Assembly (NCBI GenBank): GCA_021783135.1
Contig: JAJXUE010000010.1
Coordinates: forward strand, 4,115-68,114
From: Bacillota bacterium
GTDB lineage: Bacteria > Bacillota > Desulfitobacteriia > Desulfitobacteriales > JAJXUE01
Length of the DNA: 64,000 bases
Direction: 5' to 3'
Below, piece by piece: positions 18,693 through 28,770 of the stretch. The notes under the pieces were generated by a model. The model saw nothing but the letters and a program-made list of their open reading frames with translations, made no database searches and had not been told where the DNA came from. How positions within the stretch are numbered: position 1 is the first letter of the stretch; each line of letters starts with the position of its first letter. The position numbers were made by a program, and so were the translations under genes.

Positions 18693-20672
18693 ATGCGCAA
18701 AGTAGGCGTTTTCGTCTGTCATTGCGGTTCTAACATTGCCGGTACCGTTGACGTTGAGAAGGTAGCTCAAGAAGCTGCTAAATTTCCCAATGTCGTGTTT
18801 GCAACTGACTATAAGTATATGTGCTCTGAGCCGGGTCAACAGGTTATTAAAGATGCCATCAAGGAACACAATCTAGACCGGGTGGTTGTAGCCTCCTGTT
18901 CACCGCGTATGCATGAGCCCACTTTTCGGCGCTGTATCCAGACCGGAGGACTAAACCCTTATCTGTTGGAAATGGCCAATATTCGGGAGCATTGTTCTTG
19001 GGTTCACCCGGATAAAGCCAAGGGTACGGTTAAAGCTATTGATTTGGTGCGTAAAGCTGCGGCCAAAGTGGTTAAAAATGAGCCACTGCAAAAATCCAGT
19101 ATTAATATTACAAAACGGGCCCTGGTGATTGGCGGCGGCATTGCCGGCATTCAGGTGGCACTTGATATTGCCGATGCCGGTTTTCCGGTGACGATAGTGG
19201 AGAAGGAACCCACGATTGGCGGTCGGATGGCGCAAATCGACAAGACCTTCCCCACGCTGGATTGCTCAGCTTGTATTCTGACACCTAAGATGGTGGACGC
19301 GGCCCAACACCCCAATATTGAGATTATAAGCTATGCCGAAGTGGATAAGGTCGAAGGCTATGTGGGCAATTTTGACATTACAATCCGCAAAAAAGCTCGT
19401 TCTGTGGATATGAACAAATGCACAGGCTGTGGTACCTGTTGGGAAAAATGTCCCACTAAAGTGGATTCGGAATTCGATATGCAGCTGGGAAAACGTAAAG
19501 CAATTTACACCCCTTTTCCGCAGGCTGTACCCAACAAACCGGTAATTGACCGGGAACATTGTCTAAAATTTAAGACTGGCAAGTGCGGCATCTGTGAAAA
19601 GGTTTGTCCAACCGGCGCAGTTGACTTCACGATGGAAGACGAGCTAATTACGCAACAGTACGGCGCAATTGTAGTGGCTACAGGTTTCGATCAGTTTGAT
19701 CATAGTGTTTACGGCGAGTACGGTTATGGCAAATATCCCGATGTAATCACCGGATTGCATTTTGAACGCTTGGTCAATGCCTCCGGTCCTACTATGGGCA
19801 AAATTAAGCGTCCGTCGGACCACAAAGTACCGGAAACCGTGGTATTTATTAAGTGTGTCGGTTCACGGGACGAGGCTAAGGGTAAAACCTATTGCTCGCG
19901 TACTTGCTGTATGTATACGGCTAAGCATGCTACTTTAATGGCGGAAAAAGTCAAAGGCTCAAAATCCTACATCTTTTACATGGATGTTCGGACGCCGGGC
20001 AAAGGTTATGAAGAGTTTTATAAGCGGACCCAAGGGGAATATGGTGCCCAGTATATTCGAGGACGTGTGTCTAAGGTTTACCCAAAGGGAGACAAGTTAG
20101 TGGTGCGCGGTGAAGACTCTTTGTTGGGGCGCCCGGTAGAAATAGAGGCCGATATGGTAGTCTTGGCAAGCGCAATGGTCGCACGGTCAGATGCCGGTGA
20201 TTTGGCGCGGACGTTAGGGATTTCCTATGACAAAGACAATTTCTTTACCGAGGCTCACCCCAAATTACGTCCGGTTGAGACCCATACTGCGGGGGTGTTT
20301 CTCGCCGGTGCCTGTCAAGGACCAAAGGATATTCCTGATTCTGTGGCTCAGGCAGGAGCTGCTGCAGCTAAAGCTATTGGGCTGTTAGCGAAGAGTCAGA
20401 TGGAGACGGAAGCAACTGTTTCGCAAGTGGATGAGTCTCGTTGCTCAGGCTGCCTGCTATGTAAGAGCATCTGTCCGTACAAAGCTATTGATGTCAAAAT
20501 CATCGCGGAGCGAGTTGGCGGGAAGACTGTGGAACGTCAAGTGGCAAGTGTCAATAAATCACTATGCCAAGGCTGCGGCGCTTGTACGGTAGCATGCCGA
20601 GCCGGCAGCTTAAACCTGCTGGGCTTTACCAATGAACAAATACTTGCGGAGGTGGAAGCTGTATGTCTCTAG
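18693..20672 (+). CDS. hdrA: heterodisulfide reductase subunit A (FAD, multiple Fe-S)
   Basis: 659 aa. Dinucleotide fold VIGGGIAGIQVALD and several CxxCxxCxxxCP motifs. The N-terminal CHCGSNI is typical of HdrA. Confidence 0.9.
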   Translation: MRKVGVFVCHCGSNIAGTVDVEKVAQEAAKFPNVVFATDYKYMCSEPGQQVIKDAIKEHNLDRVVVASCSPRMHEPTFRRCIQTGGLNPYLLEMANIREHCSWVHPDKAKGTVKAIDLVRKAAAKVVKNEPLQKSSINITKRALVIGGGIAGIQVALDIADAGFPVTIVEKEPTIGGRMAQIDKTFPTLDCSACILTPKMVDAAQHPNIEIISYAEVDKVEGYVGNFDITIRKKARSVDMNKCTGCGTCWEKCPTKVDSEFDMQLGKRKAIYTPFPQAVPNKPVIDREHCLKFKTGKCGICEKVCPTGAVDFTMEDELITQQYGAIVVATGFDQFDHSVYGEYGYGKYPDVITGLHFERLVNASGPTMGKIKRPSDHKVPETVVFIKCVGSRDEAKGKTYCSRTCCMYTAKHATLMAEKVKGSKSYIFYMDVRTPGKGYEEFYKRTQGEYGAQYIRGRVSKVYPKGDKLVVRGEDSLLGRPVEIEADMVVLASAMVARSDAGDLARTLGISYDKDNFFTEAHPKLRPVETHTAGVFLAGACQGPKDIPDSVAQAGAAAAKAIGLLAKSQMETEATVSQVDESRCSGCLLCKSICPYKAIDVKIIAERVGGKTVERQVASVNKSLCQGCGACTVACRAGSLNLLGFTNEQILAEVEAVCL

Positions 20673-21145
20673 ACACCGAAGCCGTTCAACAACAGCCCGC
20701 AACGGCCGCGCAGCCGGAAGGTGCGCCCCAAGAGTGGGAACCAAGAATAGTCGGATTTGCTTGTAACTGGTGTACGTATGCCGGTGCCGATTTAGCCGGA
20801 CTATCCAGACTGCAATATCCTCCCTCAATTCGTTTAATTCGTGTGCCTTGCTCCGGACGAGTTAATCCCCAGTTCGTGATTCGGGCCTTTCAGCGGGGTG
20901 CGGATGGTGTGCTGGTGGCGGGATGTCACCCGGGTGACTGCCACTACTCCACAGGTAATTATTTTACGCGCCGCCGTTTCTTGTTAATGCAGAATATGCT
21001 TCAGTATATGGGCATGGACCCGCGCCGTTTCCAAGCTCGTTGGATATCTGGTTCGGAAGGACCCAAATTCCAACAAGTGATAACGCAAATGACAGAAGAT
21101 ATTAAGGCCTTGGGGCCAAACAGGAAGATGAGGGATGTGGAGTGA
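20663..21145 (+). CDS. flxD: MvhD-like 2Fe-2S protein (FlxD)
   Basis: IVGFACNWCTYAGADLAG...RVPCSGRV...GCHPGDCHY is the MvhD/FlpD signature. Overlaps the hdrA stop. Confidence 0.85.
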   Translation: MSLDTEAVQQQPATAAQPEGAPQEWEPRIVGFACNWCTYAGADLAGLSRLQYPPSIRLIRVPCSGRVNPQFVIRAFQRGADGVLVAGCHPGDCHYSTGNYFTRRRFLLMQNMLQYMGMDPRRFQARWISGSEGPKFQQVITQMTEDIKALGPNRKMRDVE

Positions 21146-22020
21146 TAACTGAGAAGATGCGCGACGTCGCCAAGGATTTGTTGACAAAGGGCGAAGTCAA
21201 TATGGTTATCGGCTGGGAAAAGGGTACTTTCTGGTATAACTCCACCCCGGTCTTTATTACCAAAGCAGAAGATGTGGAACGCTTGGTTTTTGATGAGTTT
21301 TGCACGAATAATCTGGCTAAATACCTGTTGGACTACAAAACGGCAGAGGGTAAGGTGGCCATATTTGTCAAAGGTTGTGATGCGCGCGCGGTCAACCGTT
21401 TGATGCAAGATCAACAAGTTCAGCGGGATAAAGTCTATTTGCTGGGCATTCCGTGCGGGGGTATGAAAGAGGCTGCGCCAGGTACTCAGCCGCAAGCCAC
21501 TGAGGGATTGCCATTAGTTGAAAAATGTCAAAATTGCACGTCCCCGAATCCGGTTGTGTTTGATGTGTTGCTGGGAGATCAGGTTAGTGTGCGGGATACC
21601 CAAAATCGTTTTGCCGCGGTCGAAAAGCTTGAGGCCCTGGGGACCGATGAAAAATATGCCTATTGGGGCGAGATGTTTGACAAGTGTATACGCTGTTATG
21701 CCTGCCGCAATGTTTGTCCCGCCTGCAGCTGTCGAGAATGTGCGTTTGACGGGAATGGTCTTAACTGGCTTGGCAAGCAGAATAACCTGCAAGAGAATCA
21801 GATGTTCAACATCACCAGAGCCATGCACGTTGCCGGAAGATGTATTGAGTGCGGCGAATGTGAACGGGTTTGCCCCATGGATTTGCCTTTAATGGCTATT
21901 AATCGTAAGGTCATTAAGGATTTAAATGAACTGTTTGGCGCGTATGAAGCAGGTATGGATGTGGAGAACCGACCGCCTTTAGGCCAATTCAAATTGGAGG
22001 ATCCGGAAAAGTTCATGTAA
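21142..22020 (+). CDS. flxC: Fe-S protein FlxC-like (4Fe-4S dicluster)
   Basis: Motifs CIRCYACRNVCPACSC and CIECGECERVCP. Assignment follows from position in the hdrCBA-flxDCBA order. Overlaps the flxD stop. Confidence 0.65.
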   Translation: MITEKMRDVAKDLLTKGEVNMVIGWEKGTFWYNSTPVFITKAEDVERLVFDEFCTNNLAKYLLDYKTAEGKVAIFVKGCDARAVNRLMQDQQVQRDKVYLLGIPCGGMKEAAPGTQPQATEGLPLVEKCQNCTSPNPVVFDVLLGDQVSVRDTQNRFAAVEKLEALGTDEKYAYWGEMFDKCIRCYACRNVCPACSCRECAFDGNGLNWLGKQNNLQENQMFNITRAMHVAGRCIECGECERVCPMDLPLMAINRKVIKDLNELFGAYEAGMDVENRPPLGQFKLEDPEKFM

Positions 22021-22034
22021 GGAGGTGTAGAGAG

Positions 22035-23030
22035 TTGAAAGCTATTGCCAAAACGCAAATTAGCGAATTGTTGAACCAAGTTGCTCGAGAATATAATGTA
22101 TTGGTGCCGGTTGCAGGGGCTGATAAATATGCTCCCTACACCCCCGGTATTGAGCTGAAATTAAACAGCCGTACCTTGTTGCCGCCTAAGGATGTTTTTT
22201 TTCCGCAAACTGAAAAAATGTACAAATTTAGCACGGATGGAATGGAAGGCAGCCTGGATTCCTTGCTTACCACTCCCAAACCGCAGCTTCTCTTTGGTAT
22301 CCGTCCCTGTGATGTCAAAAGCATCCATTGCCTGGACCATGTGTTTCTGAGCAAAGGTTTTGTCGATGAGTTTTATGCAGCAAAACGTGATAACACGTTT
22401 TTGATTTCCATCGGGTGCAATGGCCCGGCAGAGTCCACCTGTTTTTGCCAGTCCATGGGTATTAACCCGCAGGACACCGATGAAGTAGATGTGCATTTGT
22501 TTGATTTGGGCTCCCAATATGGTGTTGTACCTAAGTCTGCCAAAGGTGAAGCGTTTGTTGCCAAGTATGCAGCTTTATTTGCGGAGACCACAGAAGAAGT
22601 TCCAGCTGTGGCAGAGTTCACGCTTAACTTGGAATTAGATGGTGTGAGTGAAAAATTGGCACAAATGTTTGAGCATCCGTTGTGGGAAGAGGTATCCCGT
22701 AAATGTATCGGGTGTGGGGCTTGTACCTATCTCTGCCCAACTTGTCACTGCTTCGATGTGTCGGCGCGAGTTGCAGGGACGCAAGGTTTTCGCTTCCGGT
22801 GTTGGGACTCTTGCATGTTTTCGGATTATACCAGAATGGCAGGAGGCCATAACCCGCGCCCCAGCAAAAAGGAAAGGGTGCGCAATCGCTTCTTGCATAA
22901 ACTACAATACTTCCCAGAACGCTATGGTGACTCACTTTGCACCGGATGCGGACGTTGTCTCAGCAAGTGTCCGGTCAACATGGATATTACCAACATCATC
23001 AAACAGGTAAGGGAGGTTGATTTGGTATGA
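22035..23030 (+). CDS. flxB: Fe-S protein FlxB-like (AsrA/HydB-like 4Fe-4S dicluster)
   Basis: Motifs CIGCGACTYLCPTCHC and CTGCGRCLSKCP. AAGGAGGTG SD with a TTG start. Confidence 0.65.
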   Translation: MKAIAKTQISELLNQVAREYNVLVPVAGADKYAPYTPGIELKLNSRTLLPPKDVFFPQTEKMYKFSTDGMEGSLDSLLTTPKPQLLFGIRPCDVKSIHCLDHVFLSKGFVDEFYAAKRDNTFLISIGCNGPAESTCFCQSMGINPQDTDEVDVHLFDLGSQYGVVPKSAKGEAFVAKYAALFAETTEEVPAVAEFTLNLELDGVSEKLAQMFEHPLWEEVSRKCIGCGACTYLCPTCHCFDVSARVAGTQGFRFRCWDSCMFSDYTRMAGGHNPRPSKKERVRNRFLHKLQYFPERYGDSLCTGCGRCLSKCPVNMDITNIIKQVREVDLV

Positions 23031-23875
23031 CCCAAGTTGCAGTAGCGGAAAATCCGGTTTCTCCGTTGGTTCCGATTGTAGGTAAGATCATCAAGATTGT
23101 TACCGAAACGCCGGATGTTAAAACTTTCCATGTAAGTACTCCGGACGGTAATAAGCCGTTCACCCCGGCACCGGGTCAGTTGGGGATGCTCTCTCTTCTT
23201 AACGTCGGTGAGGCTATGTTTTCCATTACTACCCAAGGTCCCAATCATCTGGAATTCGCCATTAAGAAAACAGGAGTTTTAACAGATGCCCTGCATGAAT
23301 CGGAAGTAGGTCAAACTGTAGCGGTGCGTGGACCTTATGGCAATGGGTTTCCAATTGAGTTTTGCAAAGGCAAAGACTTGCTGTTTATTGGCGGGGGCAT
23401 AGGGTTGGCACCGGTGCGGTCTTTAATAAATTATTGTGTCGAAAACAGAGATGACTTTGGCAAACTGCAAGTTATTTATGGTTCGCGTTCGCCGGCAGAC
23501 CTGGTGTTCAAGGATGATATTTTGACCAATTGGCCGCAAGTACGCGATATGCAGGTCGACTTGACTGTGGACCGCGGCGATGATACGTGGCAAGGTAATG
23601 TGGGCTTTGTGCCTGCTTTTATTGAACAATTGGCGCCCTCGCCTGAAGGGGATAAGGTGTGCATCTTGTGCGGACCGCCGATTATGATTAAGTTTTGTTT
23701 GCAAAGTCTGGCCAAGCTTGGCTTTAAAAATGAGAACATTATTACAACGCTGGAAATGCGCATGAAGTGTGGGGTAGGGAAATGTGGACGGTGTAACATC
23801 GGCAGTTGCTATGTATGTTTAGACGGACCCGTCTTCAGCCTGGCCCAATTGCAAACAATGCCGCCTGAATACTAA
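23027..23875 (+). CDS. flxA: FAD/NAD(P)H-binding oxidoreductase with C-terminal 2Fe-2S (FlxA; PyrK/AsrB-like)
   Basis: Ferredoxin-reductase-type fold (FIGGGIGLAPVRS) plus CGVGKCGRCNIGSCYVC. Overlaps the flxB stop. Confidence 0.8.
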   Translation: MTQVAVAENPVSPLVPIVGKIIKIVTETPDVKTFHVSTPDGNKPFTPAPGQLGMLSLLNVGEAMFSITTQGPNHLEFAIKKTGVLTDALHESEVGQTVAVRGPYGNGFPIEFCKGKDLLFIGGGIGLAPVRSLINYCVENRDDFGKLQVIYGSRSPADLVFKDDILTNWPQVRDMQVDLTVDRGDDTWQGNVGFVPAFIEQLAPSPEGDKVCILCGPPIMIKFCLQSLAKLGFKNENIITTLEMRMKCGVGKCGRCNIGSCYVCLDGPVFSLAQLQTMPPEY

Positions 23876-23880
23876 GCTCC

Positions 23881-23910
23881 AAAGCCTCCCGTTGCTGGGA
23901 GGCTTTTTTC
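23881..23910 (+). terminator. intrinsic terminator ending the hdr-flx operon
   Basis: AAGCCTCCC-GTTGCT-GGGAGGCTT followed by TTTTT. Confidence 0.85.
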
Positions 23911-24012
23911 CTACCCGATTGCGTTTTTCTAATATCCCATAAAGGAAAAATGGCTCATAATAGCCAATAAATAGATACATATTAGATAGAAATGTGAGCG
24001 GGAGGGTATAAG

Positions 24013-25200
24013 ATGACTGGAAAAAATCAGATGCATGGTGCCGCTGCAGGTGAAATTAGGCTTCGAATAGCACAGTTGCAGACCTTGATGCTCTTGCACG
24101 GTTTTGATGCCGCGTTGCTGGTGCAACGGGTCGATGTGGTGTATTTTGCCGGAACAGGCCAAAATGCCCAATTGTTTGTGCCTGCGGTCGGTGAACCTAC
24201 ATTGTTCGTGCGCAAAAGCTTGGCCCGGGCCCAACAAGACTCACCTCTAACGACTGTGGCTCTGAAAAACTTGCAGGAGCTGGGGTCCTATGCGCAGCCT
24301 AATCAAGTGTGGGGGATGGAGCTGGATGTTTTGCCGGTTACCCTCTGGGAGCGGTATCAAAAGATTATGCTGGGAGTGCAAATCAAAGACATCTCCGGCT
24401 TGATTAAACAGTTGCGCATGGTGAAATCGGACTATGAGTTGGAACAGCTGCATCAAGCGGGAGTTATTATGGACAAGGTGTGGCGCAGTGTGCCGGAGTT
24501 ACTCCAGCCGGGTATTTCAGAGGTGGCGCTCACCGGGAAGTTAGAAAGTGTGGCCCGCAGTGAGGGGAGCCAAGGCTTTATTCGAATGCGCAGTTTTAAC
24601 CAGGAGATGAATTTTGCGCATTTGATGAGTGGAGCAAATGCAGCGGTACCCAGTTTTTTTGATGGTCCGACCGGAGGGGTTGGATTGGGAGTTGCGTTTC
24701 CGCACGGGCCTAGTCTTGCCCCGATAGAACCGGGCATGCCCATAGTTTTTGACCTTACCCTTGCCTATAATGGCTATACAGTCGATCAGACCCGTATGGG
24801 AGCTTTAGGCAAGGTGGATAGTTTTTGGCAGGAAATATATCAAAAATCGTTGGAAATCCAAGATTTGCTCATCACGCATGCTGTGCCGGGAGCTGTTGCC
24901 GGCGACCTGTATGCCATGGTTTTACAGCGGGTGGAAGCCATGGGCTTAAGCCAAAACTTCATGGGTTTTGCGCCGGATCAGGCTCCATTTGTTGCGCATG
25001 GGGTGGGCTTGGAACTTGATGAGCTGCCTGTACTGGCCAAAGGCGTCAAAACAGTATTGCAAACCGGCATGGTGTTTGCTGCTGAGCCCAAGTTTGTCTT
25101 TCCCGGCCGGGGTGCTGTCGGGATCGAAAATACGTTTCAGGTAACCCAGCAGGGTCTGGAACGCATTACGTTTGCTGATGAGGCGTTTCTGGAAATCTAA
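24013..25200 (+). CDS. M24-family Xaa-Pro aminopeptidase/creatinase-like peptidase
   Basis: N-terminal creatinase/prolidase domain plus a pita-bread C-terminal domain (VDQTRM..., HGVGLELDE..., AEPKF...IENT). GGGAGGG SD. Confidence 0.85.
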   Translation: MTGKNQMHGAAAGEIRLRIAQLQTLMLLHGFDAALLVQRVDVVYFAGTGQNAQLFVPAVGEPTLFVRKSLARAQQDSPLTTVALKNLQELGSYAQPNQVWGMELDVLPVTLWERYQKIMLGVQIKDISGLIKQLRMVKSDYELEQLHQAGVIMDKVWRSVPELLQPGISEVALTGKLESVARSEGSQGFIRMRSFNQEMNFAHLMSGANAAVPSFFDGPTGGVGLGVAFPHGPSLAPIEPGMPIVFDLTLAYNGYTVDQTRMGALGKVDSFWQEIYQKSLEIQDLLITHAVPGAVAGDLYAMVLQRVEAMGLSQNFMGFAPDQAPFVAHGVGLELDELPVLAKGVKTVLQTGMVFAAEPKFVFPGRGAVGIENTFQVTQQGLERITFADEAFLEI

Positions 25201-25270
25201 AGGTCAATTTACCACCTTCAGCCGCATAAACTGTGGATAAACGGGAAATAACCACGAGGAGCTGAAAGGT

Positions 25271-25738
25271 GTGATTATCCGGGGGGGAACAGTACGGGAT
25301 TGGCCCTTTATCCAGGCCCTGGCGCTGGAGTCGATTGTTTACAGTGCTTCACCGGTGCGTGAGGTATCAGAGGAACATGTGGTCAATTACCGCCGTCAGA
25401 CCTTGTCCGGCTTTTGGTCCTGGGTCCAACGCAGTCAGAGCAAAATATTTGTCGCCGAAGAAAAGGAACGGATGGGTTATTTGATTCTCAGTGACCGGAC
25501 AGTGGATGAGTTGACCGGATTACCGCAAGCCTGGATCATGGATGTAGCAGTAAGTAAGGAGTATTGGTCTAAAGGAGTGGGGCGACAGTTACTACTTAAG
25601 GCGGAGGAGTACTGCAAGGCAAATAATGTTAAATTTCTTGGTTTGGCGGTTACAAGTGCGAACCAGAGGGCCGCAAAGCTCTATGCTAAAATGGGGTACG
25701 TAGAGGAACGCAAACTTATGGTCAAAAAACTTGAATAA
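25271..25738 (+). CDS. GNAT-family N-acetyltransferase
   Basis: Acetyl-CoA motif region VSKEYWSKGVGRQLLLKAEEY...LAVTSANQRAAKLYAKMGY. Confidence 0.8.
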   Translation: MIIRGGTVRDWPFIQALALESIVYSASPVREVSEEHVVNYRRQTLSGFWSWVQRSQSKIFVAEEKERMGYLILSDRTVDELTGLPQAWIMDVAVSKEYWSKGVGRQLLLKAEEYCKANNVKFLGLAVTSANQRAAKLYAKMGYVEERKLMVKKLE

Positions 25739-25760
25739 AATCCCCTGCGGGGGATTTTTT
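25738..25760 (+). terminator. intrinsic terminator
   Basis: AAATCCCC-TGCG-GGGGATTT with a T-run. Confidence 0.75.
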
Positions 25761-25964
25761 CCTGCACAAAAAAAGCTTGCGTACCGAACGGCACGCAAGA
25801 AGTAAAAAGAGAGGAGTGGGGATAAAATTGGAAAACGTGAGACTAATAATGATTCTTTCCCAAATCGGTAATTATATACGTTAAATGCGAAAAAATTCTT
25901 CATGGAATAGCTGTGTCTTAGGACAAGCGGGTTAGTGGTTAAGTATTAGTAGCTTAAGTAAGAG

Positions 25965-27443
25965 GTGAAAGATTTGCCGCAACAAATACTCCAAGCCGCA
26001 TTGGCAGAAGCAGAAAAAGAAGGAGTCTATTTGATCGGACGTCATCAAGCCTTGCGGGAAACAGCCGTAGTTATTAACAACGGCAGTGTGGAGCGCATCG
26101 TGACGGAACAATCGGCAGGACTCGGTGTGCAGGTCTTTACGCCGGAGGGTTACAGTGGATTTGCGGCCAATGATAATCCCAACCAGGCAAAGGCGCGGGA
26201 ACAGGTTCAACAGGCAGCCCGCTTGGCAGATTTGGCCCAAGCGTATGGTGGGGAACAAAATAGGGCAATATTTAAGGCTGCGCCCCTCAAAGCCGAGTTC
26301 CCGCCGGTGCGAAAGTATGCTTTTGCGTATTTGCCGGTTGCGGATTTAACTCAATTAGTGATACAAGTAAATAAACACCTGCGTGAACTGTTTCCATCCG
26401 TTGCAGTACAAACAGTTTACCGTGAGATTGAGGAAGTATGGCAAATTGTGCGTTCGGACGGAACAGCTGTAGCTTTCACTGTGCCTAGGGCGGTACTTTC
26501 ACATAGTCTTACGGCACGCGCTGCCGGCAAAAGTGTAACTACGCGCAGCGCTGTGGCTGGTACGGATGTAGGATTGCTGCTTAACGCGGACGATTTGACC
26601 GAGGGAAACGCTCGCGCCGAGTTGATGGCCGGGCTGGCAGTGGCAATGCTGGACGCTCCGGCTGTTAAAGGCGGTAGTTTTAAACTGGTTATTGACTATG
26701 CCTTGGCCAAGGGTCTGGCGCATGAAGCCTTCGGCCATGCTGTGGAGACAGACGGTGTGAGAACTTCAGTGTTGGGGCATAACGGTAAACTGGCCATTGG
26801 TATGCAGGTGGCTCACCCGCAAGTATCAATTATTGACGGTCCGCTGGAGGGTGATTGGGCTTATCAGCCAATTAGTGCCAACGGAATTAAGCGGGAAACT
26901 GTAACTATCGTTGACAAAGGTATATTGGCCGCGGGGTTGGGGGACGTTTTTTCCGCCGCACAAGCGGGTGTGTCCAATTCTGGCGCCGGGCGGGCAGAGA
27001 GCTTTGCCCATATCCCGCTGCCTCGAATGAGTAATATTAGGATTGAAGTGGCTTGTCCGATACCGCTTGCCAAGCCCTGGCACCAGGTTACGCCTAAGGA
27101 GCTATACACTTTGTTGCTGGAGCGTAATTTGATCCAACCGGATGAGGAAGTATACTATTTATTGGGGTATAAAGGCGGTCAAGTTAATACCCAGTATGGT
27201 GATTTCGTATTCAACTGCAGTGCTATCTATCGTTTGGGTGAGGAGCCTGTGTTGTATCAGCCCGGTATTTTTGCCGGTAAGACTCTCTCTGCATTGCAAG
27301 CGATTAAGGCCGGACTGGGCAATATTCAGTGTGATGCAATCGGAACATGTGGCAAGTGGGGCCAAGCTGTGCCTTCCAGTGGCGGCAGTCATGCCTTTTT
27401 AGTGCTTGAGGCCAACCCTGACATTAAGCTGGGAGGTGAATAG
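25965..27443 (+). CDS. TldD-family metalloprotease
   Basis: 492 aa TldD/PmbA fold with the HExxxH-type motif LAHEAFGHAVE. The start may be TTG 25974 instead; AAGAGGTG SD. Confidence 0.85.
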   Translation: MKDLPQQILQAALAEAEKEGVYLIGRHQALRETAVVINNGSVERIVTEQSAGLGVQVFTPEGYSGFAANDNPNQAKAREQVQQAARLADLAQAYGGEQNRAIFKAAPLKAEFPPVRKYAFAYLPVADLTQLVIQVNKHLRELFPSVAVQTVYREIEEVWQIVRSDGTAVAFTVPRAVLSHSLTARAAGKSVTTRSAVAGTDVGLLLNADDLTEGNARAELMAGLAVAMLDAPAVKGGSFKLVIDYALAKGLAHEAFGHAVETDGVRTSVLGHNGKLAIGMQVAHPQVSIIDGPLEGDWAYQPISANGIKRETVTIVDKGILAAGLGDVFSAAQAGVSNSGAGRAESFAHIPLPRMSNIRIEVACPIPLAKPWHQVTPKELYTLLLERNLIQPDEEVYYLLGYKGGQVNTQYGDFVFNCSAIYRLGEEPVLYQPGIFAGKTLSALQAIKAGLGNIQCDAIGTCGKWGQAVPSSGGSHAFLVLEANPDIKLGGE

Positions 27444-28757
27444 ATGGATCTTGTAGCACACTTAGAGAGAGTTTTGCGCCAGTACCAGACCAATCCTCCG
27501 GCTGAGGAACTGCGGCTTACAGGCTGGCGCTTTAGTTTAAATGATCTTACCAATGTGAAGGTTGGTATACGCGACAATAAATTGGCTGAAGTATACGCCG
27601 CGCCAACGGTAAATGCAAATTATACCGGTGATTTACTGTTGGTGTGGGCAGGAGACCGGTGTAGTCATGCCGTGCTCAACGCGGCAATTATCACTGCTTT
27701 GGAGGATAACTTGCCTGAATGGGAGCGCGCCGCCTTTCACGACACCGCCGGTTCGGTAATATTGTCCCCCCAACCGATGCCGTTGGTAGCGGTGGAGCAT
27801 CATGCTGCTCGGGAAATAGTCAAGAACAGCGCCCGGCCGTTATTCGAATTACTGGCTCAATATCAACGAGAAATGCCACATTGGGGTGTCTCAAGTCTGC
27901 AAGCAGGGGCGCAGGCAAGTTGGGGCCTGCGCCATATTCGAACTTCGCAGGGACTGGCCGTAACTTATGGGCAAACTACTTTTAGTACTTATGTTGCGGC
28001 AGATGGTTTGTTCAGTAAAAGCTTTGTCAAACGTCGTCCCCCGACCGTAGCGGAAATTGCTGAATTGATCGAGACCACCGGCAAGATGACGCAACTGCTT
28101 AAAAATCAAGCCGAATTGCACCCAGGTCAGCTGCCAATTATTTTCGCACCTTCGGTCGTGGAAGAACTAATCAGTAAATATCTTGTGGGTAATCTATCCG
28201 GCAATAATGTGGTGAACAATCTCAGCGCCTATGACCTAGCTGATTTTAGGCAGTGCAAGCAGGTATTTGCTCCCACAATCGCAGTGGTGATAAATCCGCT
28301 TGACTCATATGAACTTAGTTCATATCTTTGCACCCGGGAGGGTGTACCCGCGCGGGCGCAGTACTTAGTTGAAGCAGGCAAATTGCTGACGCCATATCTC
28401 ACGGTGAAAGACAGCATCAAAGCCGAAATGCGGCCAACACCGTTACCCCAAGGTAGTGGAATGCGACTGGAGACCGGGACGGCGGCCAACTTGGCTGATT
28501 TGATTTCAGATATGGACGAGGGCATTTTGGTGACAAGCGTGCTGGGCTTGCACACCCAAGACAGTTCGAGCGGCAATTATTCGCTGGCAGCGCCTCAGAG
28601 TTTGAAAATCGAAAACGGCAAGCTAAAGGGTAGGGTCAAGGCGGTTATTGGCGGGAATTTTTTACAGCATTTGGCTGATCCGTGTACTCGCTACGCCGGG
28701 AGTAAAGGGGAAAATGCTCCTGCGATGCAAGTTGCGGCTCACGTAGTTAAGGGCTAA
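27444..28757 (+). CDS. PmbA/TldE-family partner protein (no HExxxH)
   Basis: 437 aa with the TldD/PmbA C-terminal beta-barrel region (GILVTSVLGLHTQDSSSGNYSL). Directly abuts the TldD-like gene. Confidence 0.8.
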   Translation: MDLVAHLERVLRQYQTNPPAEELRLTGWRFSLNDLTNVKVGIRDNKLAEVYAAPTVNANYTGDLLLVWAGDRCSHAVLNAAIITALEDNLPEWERAAFHDTAGSVILSPQPMPLVAVEHHAAREIVKNSARPLFELLAQYQREMPHWGVSSLQAGAQASWGLRHIRTSQGLAVTYGQTTFSTYVAADGLFSKSFVKRRPPTVAEIAELIETTGKMTQLLKNQAELHPGQLPIIFAPSVVEELISKYLVGNLSGNNVVNNLSAYDLADFRQCKQVFAPTIAVVINPLDSYELSSYLCTREGVPARAQYLVEAGKLLTPYLTVKDSIKAEMRPTPLPQGSGMRLETGTAANLADLISDMDEGILVTSVLGLHTQDSSSGNYSLAAPQSLKIENGKLKGRVKAVIGGNFLQHLADPCTRYAGSKGENAPAMQVAAHVVKG

Positions 28758-28770
28758 GAGGGGGATTTAG

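Noticed and set aside
18693-21145. Checked hdrA and the MvhD-like gene for hidden in-frame UGA (Sec), since the organism has selA and selD.
   Set aside because: Both ORFs are uninterrupted with normal starts, and Cys occupies the expected positions. No split ORFs in the same frame were seen.
25763-25964. Hairpin CTTGCGT..ACGCAAG and an 18-22 codon micro-ORF (..LENVRLIMILSQIGNYIR) upstream of the TldD-like gene; considered as a peptide substrate or RiPP precursor.
   Set aside because: - SD spacing is poor for every possible start.
- The peptide has no Cys/Ser/Thr-rich core or leader-like features.
- The evidence is too weak to report.
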